From assembly GCA_963758025.1 (NCBI GenBank), contig CAVWUA010000012.1:53407-117406 (forward strand): DNA of 64,000 nt. Reading direction: 5' to 3'. A model generated the notes under the pieces. It was not told where the DNA came from. It saw only the letters and a program-made list of their open reading frames with translations, and did not search any database. This document shows, piece by piece, positions 55,401-64,000 of this stretch. The DNA is from an uncultured Planctomycetota bacterium (GTDB lineage Bacteria > Planctomycetota > Planctomycetia > Isosphaerales > Isosphaeraceae). Numbering within the stretch: the stretch's first letter is position 1; the number at the start of each line of letters is the position of its first letter. Both the position numbers and the translations under genes were made by a program.

Positions 55401-57128
55401 ATGCCCGTGTCATGGCGATCTCAACTGGTGTTCGGCCTCTCGTGTGCCTGCGCGATCGCGCTGGGGGCCGGTTGCGGTAACGACGGATCAAGGAACGCGG
55501 TCGCCCCGCCTTCCGATGTCGACGTCGTTGAGAACGAGCGGCCGACGGCGGTCGAGACGGCGGGAACGGCAGGCTCCGCCGAGCAGAAGAAGGCGATCCT
55601 GGAGAGTGCCATCCAGCTCATCCAGACGGCCGCATCGAACCCCGGCGGGAACAACTTCACCCAGGCGACCGAGCTGCTGGCCCAGTACTTCGAGGACACG
55701 CCGGATTCCGCCTTCGCCCTGGACCCGCCCGCCCGCGCCTATCTCGCCAAGCAACTGCCCGAGAAGGGGCTTACGGATCTGGAAAACCCGGTCTTCACGA
55801 TCCGCGATGCCCGGCACATCGAGGACTGTTACCTGTACCACACGATCGCCCAGCGCGTGGCTGGCAATGGCGACGACCTGACGCGGGTGCGCCGAGTGTT
55901 CGACTGGATGGTCCGGCAGGTGCAGCTCGTGCCGGCGGGCGCGCTGGCCGTGCCGGGCAACCCGTCGGAGCCGGACGGACTGCCGCAGGCCCAGGCCCGC
56001 CCGTTCGACGTCCTGCTCCGCGGCATGGCGACCGAGGAAGGGTCGTGGGCCGAGCGGAGCTGGCTGTTCATGGCGCTCTGCCGCCAGCTCGGCATTGATG
56101 TTGGCCTGCTTCTCTACACGCCGCCGCCGAAGGGGATCATGACCGTCCCGGGGGCCAGCCGGGAGCAGGAGCCGATCGTCTGGATCTGCGTCGCCCTGAT
56201 CGACGGCCAGGCGTACCTGTTCGACGCGCGCATCGGCCTGCCGGTCCCTGGACCCGACGGCCAGGGGGTCGCCACGGTCGAGCAGGCGATCACCGACCCG
56301 CGCGTTCTCAACCAGCTCGACCTGCCGGGCCTGTCCCCTTACTCGACGCACCAGGAGGATCTCGCCTCGGCCAAACTGTCGATCCTGATCGACTCAACGC
56401 TGGGCTATTTGACGCCCCGGATGCGGAACCTCCAGCACGACCTGGCGGGGCAGCACCGCATGATCCTCTACCGCGATCCCGCCGCGCAGAACGACGCGTT
56501 CGCCAAGGCCCTGGGGGAGCAATTCGCGGGAACCAGCCTCTGGTCGCTCCCTCTGGAGGTCGATTTCCGTCTGTTCAACGATCCGCAGTTCGTCCGTGCG
56601 ACGCAGTTCCCCTTGCAGATCTTCGACCCCCGCTGGCCGCTGCTGCCCGCCCGCATGGGCCAACTGCGCGGCGACCTGGTGAATTCGGTACAGGACTACG
56701 TCCGCCTCCGCTTCGCCGAGCACGCGACGGACCGGAACAAGGAGCCGATTCCGCAGAACGTTCAGCGCATTCTCGATCTCTACGCCACCTACTATCTTGG
56801 CCTGGCCAAGCTCGACCAGAACGAGTCCGAGCGCGCCGAGGAGTTCTTCAAGCAGACGCTCCAACTCTTCCCCGAGCCCGGCCCGGACCGCCCCTATTAC
56901 TTCATGTTCCACTGGGGAGCGCGAACGAACCTGGGCCTCCTGCACCAGAGCCAGGGGGAACCAACCCAGGCGGTGCGCGACCTCAGCCACGACGAGCCGA
57001 CCACCCAGCTTCACGGCAATCTGCTTCGCGCCCAGGAACTGATCTGGCGCGACCCCTTCACCCCCCAGGTCGCTCCCGATTCCTCCTTGCCGCAGCCCAA
57101 GGGAGACGTGACGGCCGCAGCACCATGA
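55401..57128 (+). CDS. Lipoprotein with transglutaminase-like cysteine-protease core
   Basis: Signal plus lipobox LGAGCGN; EEGSWAERSWLFMALCRQLGIDVGLLLY resembles the transglutaminase-like catalytic-Cys region. Confidence 0.5.
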   Translation: MPVSWRSQLVFGLSCACAIALGAGCGNDGSRNAVAPPSDVDVVENERPTAVETAGTAGSAEQKKAILESAIQLIQTAASNPGGNNFTQATELLAQYFEDTPDSAFALDPPARAYLAKQLPEKGLTDLENPVFTIRDARHIEDCYLYHTIAQRVAGNGDDLTRVRRVFDWMVRQVQLVPAGALAVPGNPSEPDGLPQAQARPFDVLLRGMATEEGSWAERSWLFMALCRQLGIDVGLLLYTPPPKGIMTVPGASREQEPIVWICVALIDGQAYLFDARIGLPVPGPDGQGVATVEQAITDPRVLNQLDLPGLSPYSTHQEDLASAKLSILIDSTLGYLTPRMRNLQHDLAGQHRMILYRDPAAQNDAFAKALGEQFAGTSLWSLPLEVDFRLFNDPQFVRATQFPLQIFDPRWPLLPARMGQLRGDLVNSVQDYVRLRFAEHATDRNKEPIPQNVQRILDLYATYYLGLAKLDQNESERAEEFFKQTLQLFPEPGPDRPYYFMFHWGARTNLGLLHQSQGEPTQAVRDLSHDEPTTQLHGNLLRAQELIWRDPFTPQVAPDSSLPQPKGDVTAAAP

Positions 57129-57191
57129 CGCCGTGAGAGGTGATCGGGAAAGCGGGTTATCTTCGACCCGGATTGGCTTGTCAGCCAGCCC

Positions 57192-57821
57192 TCAGACAGC
57201 GTGGGTCGGCATCCGTCGCGCGACGAGGTCCTTGACCGCGCAGCCGCTGCAGCCGCCGCCGTGCTCGGCGGAGCTTGAGCCGCAACCGCCGCTGCCGCAG
57301 CCTCCTTCACCGCTGCCGCACGAGCCGCAACCGGCGGGTTCCTCCTCCTGCTCGGCCGGCTCATCGCGGCCGAGCGGTTCCAGGATCACGTCGAACCCGC
57401 AGCGCTCGCGCAGGGCCTCGGCCAGCCCCGATCGGTCGATTTGGTGGGGACCGAGGTAATACAGGATGAGCTGACCGTCGAGCAACGATTCCGCGTCGAT
57501 TACCTCCAGCGGCCAGACGCCATCGCGGAAGACGCGCTCACAGGCTCGCAGACGGTCGAACCGGTCGCGCTCGACACGGTGGGCTTGCGCGTGATCCTCG
57601 GGACCGGCCGCACGGAGGACCTGGCTCGGGGCGGCCGTGTCTTGCTCCTCGGACACGACGCTTGCCAGGGACGTAAGGACCTCTCCCAGTTCCCGGCCGC
57701 GGGTCGTCTGGACGACGACCAACGCGCCACGCTCGTAGGAGTCGCCCGGTTGGACAGCGAACCGGCCGATGTGACGCATCTGACCGTAGCGGACCAGCAG
57801 GCAGGAGGGGGACGTCGGCAT
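57192..57821 (-). CDS. Hypothetical protein with Cys/Gly-rich C-terminal tail (GCGSCGSGEGGCGSGGCG...GGGCSGC), possible metal-binding; exact start uncertain
   Basis: Coherent region from MPTSPSCLLVRYGQMRHIGRF...GALVVVQTTRGRELGEVL to the Cys-rich tail; upstream part of the 341-aa ORF is Arg/Pro-rich nonsense. Confidence 0.45.
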   Translation of the reverse strand: MPTSPSCLLVRYGQMRHIGRFAVQPGDSYERGALVVVQTTRGRELGEVLTSLASVVSEEQDTAAPSQVLRAAGPEDHAQAHRVERDRFDRLRACERVFRDGVWPLEVIDAESLLDGQLILYYLGPHQIDRSGLAEALRERCGFDVILEPLGRDEPAEQEEEPAGCGSCGSGEGGCGSGGCGSSSAEHGGGCSGCAVKDLVARRMPTHAV

Positions 57822-58059
57822 GGAGTTCCTTACGTTTTTCTTGCTCGGTTCCTCGTCGAACAGCGACCGCTTCCAGTGTAGCGGCCGGCGGCCCGCCGCG
57901 GAATGGCGATCGAAAAATCGGTCGCACTCGCGTTTTCGTAAAAGTTGGTGACGACTATAATTCGGCGTGCGGCTTCCCGGGGTGGGTCCCGGCGCCTGAT
58001 TTGGTTTCGCGTTGAGGTGATGGTCGAGCCGCGCGGGTCGTCCGGGAAGAGGTTGCTCG

Positions 58060-60201
58060 ATGAGCCGAGCCCGCTGCACGCTCAAGATTCGTGGTCTGGA
58101 TTGTCCGACCGAGGTCGCCGCGCTCCGCGCGGCGCTGGAAGACTGGCCGGGCGTCGGCCAGCTTGGGTTCGACCTGATCCTGGGCACAATGACCGTCGAA
58201 TATGACCCGACGCGCACCAGCCCGCAAGCTCTGATACACCGCGTGGCCGATCACGCCGGAATGCGCAGCGAGTTGCTCGGCAATCCCGAGACCGAATCCA
58301 CCCCCTGGTGGTCGCGGCACGGGCGCTGGGTAGTCATCGGCGTTTCGGGGCTCTCGCTGTTGCTGGGTCTGGCTTTGAAACAGACCCCGGCGCCGGCGTG
58401 GGCGGCGACGGTCGCCTATCTCGTGGCGATTCTCGCGGGAGGAGCCGAACTGGCGCCTCGGGCCGCGCGGGCCTTGCGGCATGGGCGGCTCGACATGTAC
58501 GTCCTGATGACCGTCGCGGTGCTCGGGGCGTCGGCCTTGCGGCAGTGGGACGAGGCGGCGACGGTCGCCTTTCTGTTCGTGCTTTCCGAGGGGCTGGAGG
58601 CCCTGAGCCTCTCCCGCGCCCGACGCGCCGTGCGGTCGTTGCTGGAAATCGCGCCGGAAACGGCCGAGCGGATCGGCGAAGATGGGCAAATCGCGGTGAT
58701 TCCGGCGGCCGAGGTCCGGCCGGGGGACCGCCTGCGCGTCCGCGCCGGGGAGCGCGTGCCGGTCGATGGCACGATCGTCAGCGGCCGTTCCAGTCTCGAT
58801 CAGAAGGCGATCACGGGGGAGTCAGTGCCGGTCTCGCGGGAACCGGGCGATCCGGTATTCGCCGGGACGGTCAACGGTGAAGGGGGTCTGGAGATCCAGG
58901 CGACCCGGCCGCTCGACGACTCGGTCGTCTCCCGCGTCGTCGCCCAGGTGCGTGCCGCGCAGGCGGGAAGAGCTCCGGTCGAGCGGACGATCGAGCGGTT
59001 CGCCGCGTGGTACACGCCGCTGGTCGTCGCCCTGGCCGTGCTGGTCATGATCGGCCCGCCGCTGTTCGCGCTGGCGACGACCGGCGCGGCGGGGGCCTCG
59101 GTCTGGAAAGACTGGTTCACTCGCGGCTTGGTCGTGCTGGTGATCTCCTGCCCGTGCGCCCTGGTGATCGCGACGCCGGTGGCGGTCGTCAGCGCCCTGA
59201 CCTCGGCGGCGCGGCACGGCATCCTGGTCAAGGGGGGGCAATTTCTGGAGATGTTCGGCCGGTTGCGGGTCCTGGCCTTCGACAAGACCGGCACCCTGAC
59301 CCTCGGCGAGCCGGATGTCGTGGAGGTCGTGACGGCCAACGGCGGCGCCGACGAGGACATCCTGCGGATCGCCGCGGCCCTGGGGGACCGGGGCGGACAC
59401 GTCCTGGGCCGGGCCATCGCCCGGCACGCCCGCCACTTGCGGCTCGACGTTCCCGAGGCCCACGACTACCAGGCTGTTCCCGGCATGGGGGCCACCGGGC
59501 GGGTCGAGACGACGCAGTACCACATCGGCAGCCACCGCTATCTTGACGAGGCGGGGCTCTGCCAGGGGGCTTTCCACGACTCGCTCGGCCAGGCTGAGGC
59601 CGGGAGTGTCGGCACCTCCGTCGCCCTGACCGGCTCGACCACCGGACCACTCGGCTGGATCCGCCTGGCCGACCGTCCCCGTCCCGAGGCCGCCGATGTC
59701 CTGGCCGAGTTGAAAGCCCTCGGCCTCGAAACCGTCATGCTCACCGGCGATAACCCCGCGACCGCCGCTGCCATCGCCCGGGAGCTGGGGATCAGCGAGC
59801 CGCGCGCGAGCCTCCTGCCCGCCGACAAGGCCGAGGCCGTCGCCACGCTCGACGCCCAGCGCGGCCCGACCGGCATGGTCGGCGACGGCGTCAACGACGC
59901 CCCCGCCCTGGCCGCCGCCCGCGTCAGCGTCGCCCTGGGGGGCATCTCCAGCGGTGCCGCGCTGGAAACCGCTGACATCGTTCTGATGGCCGACGATCTC
60001 CTCGGCCTCCCCTGGCTCGTTCGCCACAGCCGACGTACGGTCGCTCGCATCCGTCAGAACATCGCCCTGGCCGTCGGCACCAAGCTCGTCGTCCTCGCCC
60101 TGGCCGTCGCCGGCATGGCCACCCTCTGGATGGCCATCGCCGCTGACCTGGGAACCAGCCTGCTTGTCATCGCCAACGCCCTGCGACTTCTGCGCAGATA
60201 A
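58060..60201 (+). CDS. Heavy-metal-translocating P1B-type ATPase (CPC motif; Zn/Cd/Pb- or Cu-type)
   Basis: N-terminal HMA-like domain (RGLDCPTEVAAL), TM CPC motif (VISCPCALVIATP), DKTGTLT phosphorylation site, GDGVNDAPAL hinge; 713 aa. Confidence 0.85.
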   Translation: MSRARCTLKIRGLDCPTEVAALRAALEDWPGVGQLGFDLILGTMTVEYDPTRTSPQALIHRVADHAGMRSELLGNPETESTPWWSRHGRWVVIGVSGLSLLLGLALKQTPAPAWAATVAYLVAILAGGAELAPRAARALRHGRLDMYVLMTVAVLGASALRQWDEAATVAFLFVLSEGLEALSLSRARRAVRSLLEIAPETAERIGEDGQIAVIPAAEVRPGDRLRVRAGERVPVDGTIVSGRSSLDQKAITGESVPVSREPGDPVFAGTVNGEGGLEIQATRPLDDSVVSRVVAQVRAAQAGRAPVERTIERFAAWYTPLVVALAVLVMIGPPLFALATTGAAGASVWKDWFTRGLVVLVISCPCALVIATPVAVVSALTSAARHGILVKGGQFLEMFGRLRVLAFDKTGTLTLGEPDVVEVVTANGGADEDILRIAAALGDRGGHVLGRAIARHARHLRLDVPEAHDYQAVPGMGATGRVETTQYHIGSHRYLDEAGLCQGAFHDSLGQAEAGSVGTSVALTGSTTGPLGWIRLADRPRPEAADVLAELKALGLETVMLTGDNPATAAAIARELGISEPRASLLPADKAEAVATLDAQRGPTGMVGDGVNDAPALAAARVSVALGGISSGAALETADIVLMADDLLGLPWLVRHSRRTVARIRQNIALAVGTKLVVLALAVAGMATLWMAIAADLGTSLLVIANALRLLRR

Positions 60202-60312
60202 TTTCTCGAACCAGGGACATCGCTCGCACAGTCCCCGGGTTCAACGTCATTTCCTCTGTCTTTGCAAGGCTTTGCGTCTTCACGCTTTGGCGAGAATTAC
60301 CCCATTTTTCCA

Positions 60313-61482
60313 TTAACCTGGCGACGCGAACGGTTCGACCGGCTGTTGGTGGATGGTCGGGGGGGCCTGGCTCTGGAGTTCCTGGATCTCCTTCTCGACC
60401 CTGGCGACGGCGTCGGCGTTGTCGAGGAACTCGAAGGTCAATTCCGTCGTATGCGAGGCGCCGGGCTTCAGCGACAGAACGCGCCCGTGGTCTTTTTCGA
60501 ACGGCTTGGGATTGGGGAAGTTGGTTGCCGGTTCCATGCCGGTGACATACCCATCCCGGCGTCCGCCGGTGTTCTTCCAGAGGGTAAAGCACGGGAGCTG
60601 CGCCTTGTCGAAGCGAATGACGATGGCCTTGTTCCCCCCGGCGTTGCGGAGCATGGTCGCCGTCTGGCCGTCGGCACCCTGGCCCCGCAATTCGAAGAGA
60701 TAGACCTGTTCGGCGAAGCCCGGCTCGGGGGGGCCATACTCGGTATAGCTCGCGATTCCCTCGGCTGCTCGGGCGTTCCGGGGGACGACGGTTTCCGCCG
60801 CCGCGACAAAGGACGCCCCCTTTTCCAGGTGCGGCGGGCCGAAATTGCAGTGGTAGAGGATTTCCAGGTCGGTCGGCCCATCGCCCCGGTTGGTGAACTC
60901 GTCGCGGACGACCAGGCGGTTTGAGCCGGGCGTCGTGGTGATCCGCGTGACCATGCGGAGCGTCGGCCCGAACAGCCGCGACTCATCGACGTGTCCCTCG
61001 ATGGTGATCGCGTGCGGCGGGGTATCCTCGACGTGCAGTGCCACGTAGTGGGCGGGGATGTTGGCGATCGAGCCGTGCAGCGGGTAGATCGTGTCCCCCT
61101 CGCGGTACGGCGCTCCGTTGTGCGCCAGTCCGCAGCGGACTACCATCTCGTCGAAGCCGTCGATCCAGCCGATGCCGCCCAGGCTGGCGAGGTTCACGAA
61201 CGCGGGGTGGACCGGGCCGTCGTGGATGGGGGAATCCCAGCCGAGCCGGTCGGCGTGGTATTTCCCTTTCCAGAGCCCCATGCCGCGTGTCGGCACGATG
61301 GCGACGCTCAGGTCGCCGTTGTTCAGATGGATCAGGTCCACGCCGTCGCGCCGGCCGCCACGCAGGGCTCGCTTGGTGACCGACCACGGAGCGCCGTCCT
61401 GACCGAGCAAATCGGCGGAACCGAGAGACAGGCTCTCCACCCAGAGATCGCGAGCCAGATCGGTCAGCGTGACGGTTGGCAT
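60313..61482 (-). CDS. Hypothetical protein, possibly DUF4432 / aldose-epimerase-like fold
   Basis: 389-aa coherent ORF from MPTVTLTDLARDLW; the family assignment is tentative. Confidence 0.35.
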   Translation of the reverse strand: MPTVTLTDLARDLWVESLSLGSADLLGQDGAPWSVTKRALRGGRRDGVDLIHLNNGDLSVAIVPTRGMGLWKGKYHADRLGWDSPIHDGPVHPAFVNLASLGGIGWIDGFDEMVVRCGLAHNGAPYREGDTIYPLHGSIANIPAHYVALHVEDTPPHAITIEGHVDESRLFGPTLRMVTRITTTPGSNRLVVRDEFTNRGDGPTDLEILYHCNFGPPHLEKGASFVAAAETVVPRNARAAEGIASYTEYGPPEPGFAEQVYLFELRGQGADGQTATMLRNAGGNKAIVIRFDKAQLPCFTLWKNTGGRRDGYVTGMEPATNFPNPKPFEKDHGRVLSLKPGASHTTELTFEFLDNADAVARVEKEIQELQSQAPPTIHQQPVEPFASPG

Positions 61483-61808
61483 GCGCGGTTCAACTCCTGT
61501 GGATTGATGGGATGGTTCTCGACGTGCCCGCCGTGTGCGGGTCCTCCATCGGGCAGGATAAACCCACGTGCTCCCCGGGTCCAGCGTCCATCGCCGGTCC
61601 GACGAGCGGGCGGCCACGCTATATCCGGCACAATCCCACTGTTTGGCACGAGGTGTGCAATATAGGCCTACCGCGACAAGGGGAGACGATCGTTCACACA
61701 AACGTTTCTTCTCTGCCTTGAACCTTGATACAACTCCACGACATATAGCAACGTGCCGGAACGTGCCGCGAGGCGAATCTGGTGCGATGACTCCAGGTGA
61801 GGAACATC

Positions 61809-62751
61809 ATGAAGGACAAGCGCCGCAAACTGTCGAAAGTCCTGAGCAACAGTGTGGAACGACTGGATGAACGCGTCGTTCCGGTCGTGTTTACGACATC
61901 GCCGACCGGCGTCTTGACGACCGGGCCATTCATTCCGGGTGTCAACCAGATCACTCAGGGGCCGATCGGGACGAATACCGCGATCCTGGACAACTCGTTT
62001 CTGGGTACGGGCGGCGTCAACTCCGGCCTGACTCAGAACCTTGGCCTGAGCACGAACCTGACGAACTTCCGCTTCAACGGCGTTGGTGCGAACCCTTTCA
62101 GTACCGGGGTCAATAACCTCGGCGTGGTGCCCGGTAATTTCGGTGGAATTACCGGAGTTGGTCGAACCTTCGGTTTGAACACCGCCAGCACGGTCGGCAA
62201 CTTCGGCTTCGGTGGAATCAATGGGCTTGGTCGCACCTTCGGCTTGAACACCGCCAGCACGGTCGGCAACTTCGGCGCGCACGGTCGGCAACTTCGGTGT
62301 CGGTCAGAACTTCGGCCTCAATGGGGTCGGCGGTGTGAATAACCTTGGTGTTAACAGCGCCCTCTCGGGCTTTGGCGTTACCAGGCCGTTCGGTCTGGGC
62401 ACGACCAGTAATCTGTTCGTCAACCGGGGCTTGGGCCTGGGCTTTGCCGGGCAGAATACGAATCTTGGCGTCAACCCAACCGTGAACACCCTCTTCAGCA
62501 CGCGGTCAATCTCGGCCTTGCCGTTCAACACCGGGCAGAACGTCAATCTCCGGTCGCCGTTCAGCGCGACGCCGCTGGCCGCCTCGCCGCGGATCAATCC
62601 GGCGGGTTCGAACGGATTCGGCTTCCAGCCCAGTTCGATCTTCAGTGCGACGCCTCTGGCAGCCGCTCCCCGGCGGAACCCGTTGGGCAGCTTCGGTACC
62701 ATTTTCGGTGGCGGTGGTCTGGGACTTGGCGGTGGCTCGCTCCTGTTCTGA
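61809..62751 (+). CDS. Gly/Asn/Thr-rich low-complexity repeat protein; frameshift caused by an ~20-22-nt tandem duplication near 62270-62295
   Basis: Repeats GRTFGLNTASTVGNFG x2. The duplicated segment is acggtcggcaacttcgg(c gcgc)acggtcggcaacttcgg. The downstream frame (ORF 62335..62751) continues NNLGVNSALSGFG... Confidence 0.5.
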
Positions 62752-63026
62752 GTGCTTGCTCGCTCCGGATACACGACAATCCATCCTTCGAGGCGCGGAG
62801 CCGGGCATTGGCCCCGAGACTCCGCCCTCAAACCGACGGCCAGGGTTCTCCACCCTGGCCGTTCGTGCGCGCCGACAGTTTCTGGATAATCCCGAAGAGC
62901 GGTCTTGGTCCTCATTGACTCCCGCGTGATCGGGCCTTAGCCTGATTGGTTGAGGCCGCCCGACGGGAACGGCCCCGCTGTTTTTCCTCCGTCGTCGTGC
63001 ACGCATCCACAAAGGAGTTGGCTTCC

Positions 63027-64000
63027 ATGGCAGAGACCTGTCCACAGCCGGGCTCAAATCCTCAGGCTGGCGTCTCGCGCCGCGAGTTCGTCAAGACCGT
63101 CGGCGCGGCCGCCGCCGTCGCGGCCGTTCCCTTCATCGGCGCGCGTCACGTCCTGGCCGCCGCCGCTCAGACCGGCCCGACGCCGTCGGCCCCGGCCGAG
63201 ACGGCCGTCGCCCGCTTCTTCAAGACCCTCAAGGACGATCAGCGCAAGCAGATCTGCTTTCCGTTCGACCACCCGCTACGCTCGAGGGTCCAGAACAACT
63301 GGGCGATCGTCAAGCCGACCATCGCCGACATGAGCAAGGAACAGCAGGCCCTCTGCAAGGAGATCTTCAAGAACCTCTGCTCCGAGGAAGGTTACGAGCG
63401 GTTCCAGCGCCAGATGGAGGAGGACTACGGCGGGTTCGATAATTACCACGTCGCCGTCTTCGGCGAACCGGGCACCGACCAGCCGTTCGAGTGGGTCCTG
63501 ACCGGCCGGCACAACACGATGCGCGCCGACGGCAACAGCGTCGAAGGCGTCGCGTTCGGCGGCCCGATCTTCTACGGCCACGCCTCGCGACAGCTTCAAC
63601 GAGGACGCCAAGCACACCGACAACGTCTGGTGGTATCAGGGCCAGCAGGCCAACAAGATCTTCAAGACGCTCGACGACAAGCAGCAGGCCAGGGCCCTCG
63701 TCGAGAAGGCCGACCCGGACGCTCCCCGCTCGATCGAGCTGAAGGGCCAGGGGCTCGGCGAGCAGGGCATCGCCGTCTCCGAGCTCGACGGCCAGCAGAA
63801 GGAGATGGTTCAGAAGCTGCTCGACGACATGCTCTCGCCCGTTCCGCGCGCTGCGACGCCGCCGAGGTCCGCGAGTGCCTCGACGAAGCCGGCGGCATCG
63901 ACAAGCTCCGCCTGACCTACTTCAAGGAAGGGGACATCGGCGACGACGGCACGTGGGACATGTGGAAGGTGGAAGGCCCCGCCTTCTCCTGGTACTTCCA
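63027..64000 (+). CDS. DUF3500-like protein with Tat-type signal (partial at window end); at least 2 frameshifts (~63575-63590 and ~63845-63860)
   Basis: AAAGGAG RBS before the ATG at 63027. N-terminus SRREFVKTVGAAAAVAAVPFIGA...PIFYGHAS in frame 0. FNEDAKHTDNVWWYQGQQANKIFKTLDDKQQARALVEKADPDAPRSIELKGQGL...LLDDMLSP is in frame +2. AAEVRECLDEAGGIDKLRLTYFKEGDIGDDGTWDMWKVEGPAFSWYF is back in frame 0. Confidence 0.5.
   Translation, partial: MAETCPQPGSNPQAGVSRREFVKTVGAAAAVAAVPFIGARHVLAAAAQTGPTPSAPAETAVARFFKTLKDDQRKQICFPFDHPLRSRVQNNWAIVKPTIADMSKEQQALCKEIFKNLCSEEGYERFQRQMEEDYGGFDNYHVAVFGEPGTDQPFEWVLTGRHNTMRADGNSVEGVAFGGPIFYGHASRQLQRGRQAHRQRLVVSGPAGQQDLQDARRQAAGQGPRREGRPGRSPLDRAEGPGARRAGHRRLRARRPAEGDGSEAARRHALARSARCDAAEVRECLDEAGGIDKLRLTYFKEGDIGDDGTWDMWKVEGPAFSWYF

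Noticed and set aside
62304-63057. ORFs 62304..62915(-) and 62506..63057(-) antisense to the Gly/Asn-rich gene
   Set aside because: They are antisense to a repeat-rich real gene and their translations are low-complexity; treated as spurious.

Overview
High-GC (about 68-70%) chromosomal segment, most likely from a Planctomycetota-type genome. The gene content supports this: an H-X9-DG/DUF1559 prepilin-like protein, two PEP-CTERM proteins, two ECF-sigma/Ser-Thr-kinase-WD40 gene pairs, and ThuA-, DUF3179- and DUF3500-like genes. I can support about 45 protein-coding genes; no rRNA, tRNA or CRISPR.

Recognisable genes include priA, nadD, kdsA, an NfeD(YqiJ)-flotillin operon, a K+ uptake cluster (kup, ktrA/trkA, trkH), a CDF transporter plus a P1B-type heavy-metal ATPase, a sensor histidine kinase, a cNMP-binding protein, a sulfatase-like enzyme, an isocitrate/isopropylmalate-dehydrogenase-family enzyme, a YegS/DAGK-type lipid kinase, and an eRF1/Pelota-like (baeRF-type) protein with a zinc ribbon.

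Five observations stand out.
- An unusually high density of single-nucleotide frameshifts that split otherwise clearly conserved genes: priA twice, kup at least 6-8 times, a Ser/Thr kinase at least 3 times, plus trkH, the histidine kinase, DUF1559, YiiX-like, GGDEF, NfeD, the TPR protein and DUF3500. This points to indel-prone sequencing or assembly rather than biology, although real decay of kup cannot be excluded.
- A pair of near-identical ~104-bp palindromic (MITE/REP-like) elements sitting exactly at the 3' ends of two regulator genes.
- A 15-nt motif (GGGTTCGGTCGGCGC) arranged in 25-26-bp tandem arrays at two gene-free loci that also share conserved flanking sequence.
- A 1.35-kb gene-free region dense in long perfect hairpins, which may be a structured-RNA or repeat locus.
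- AT-rich operator-like palindromes between a divergent CDF transporter and kdsA.

Many long ORFs on the opposite strand of real genes are GC-skew artefacts and are rejected.
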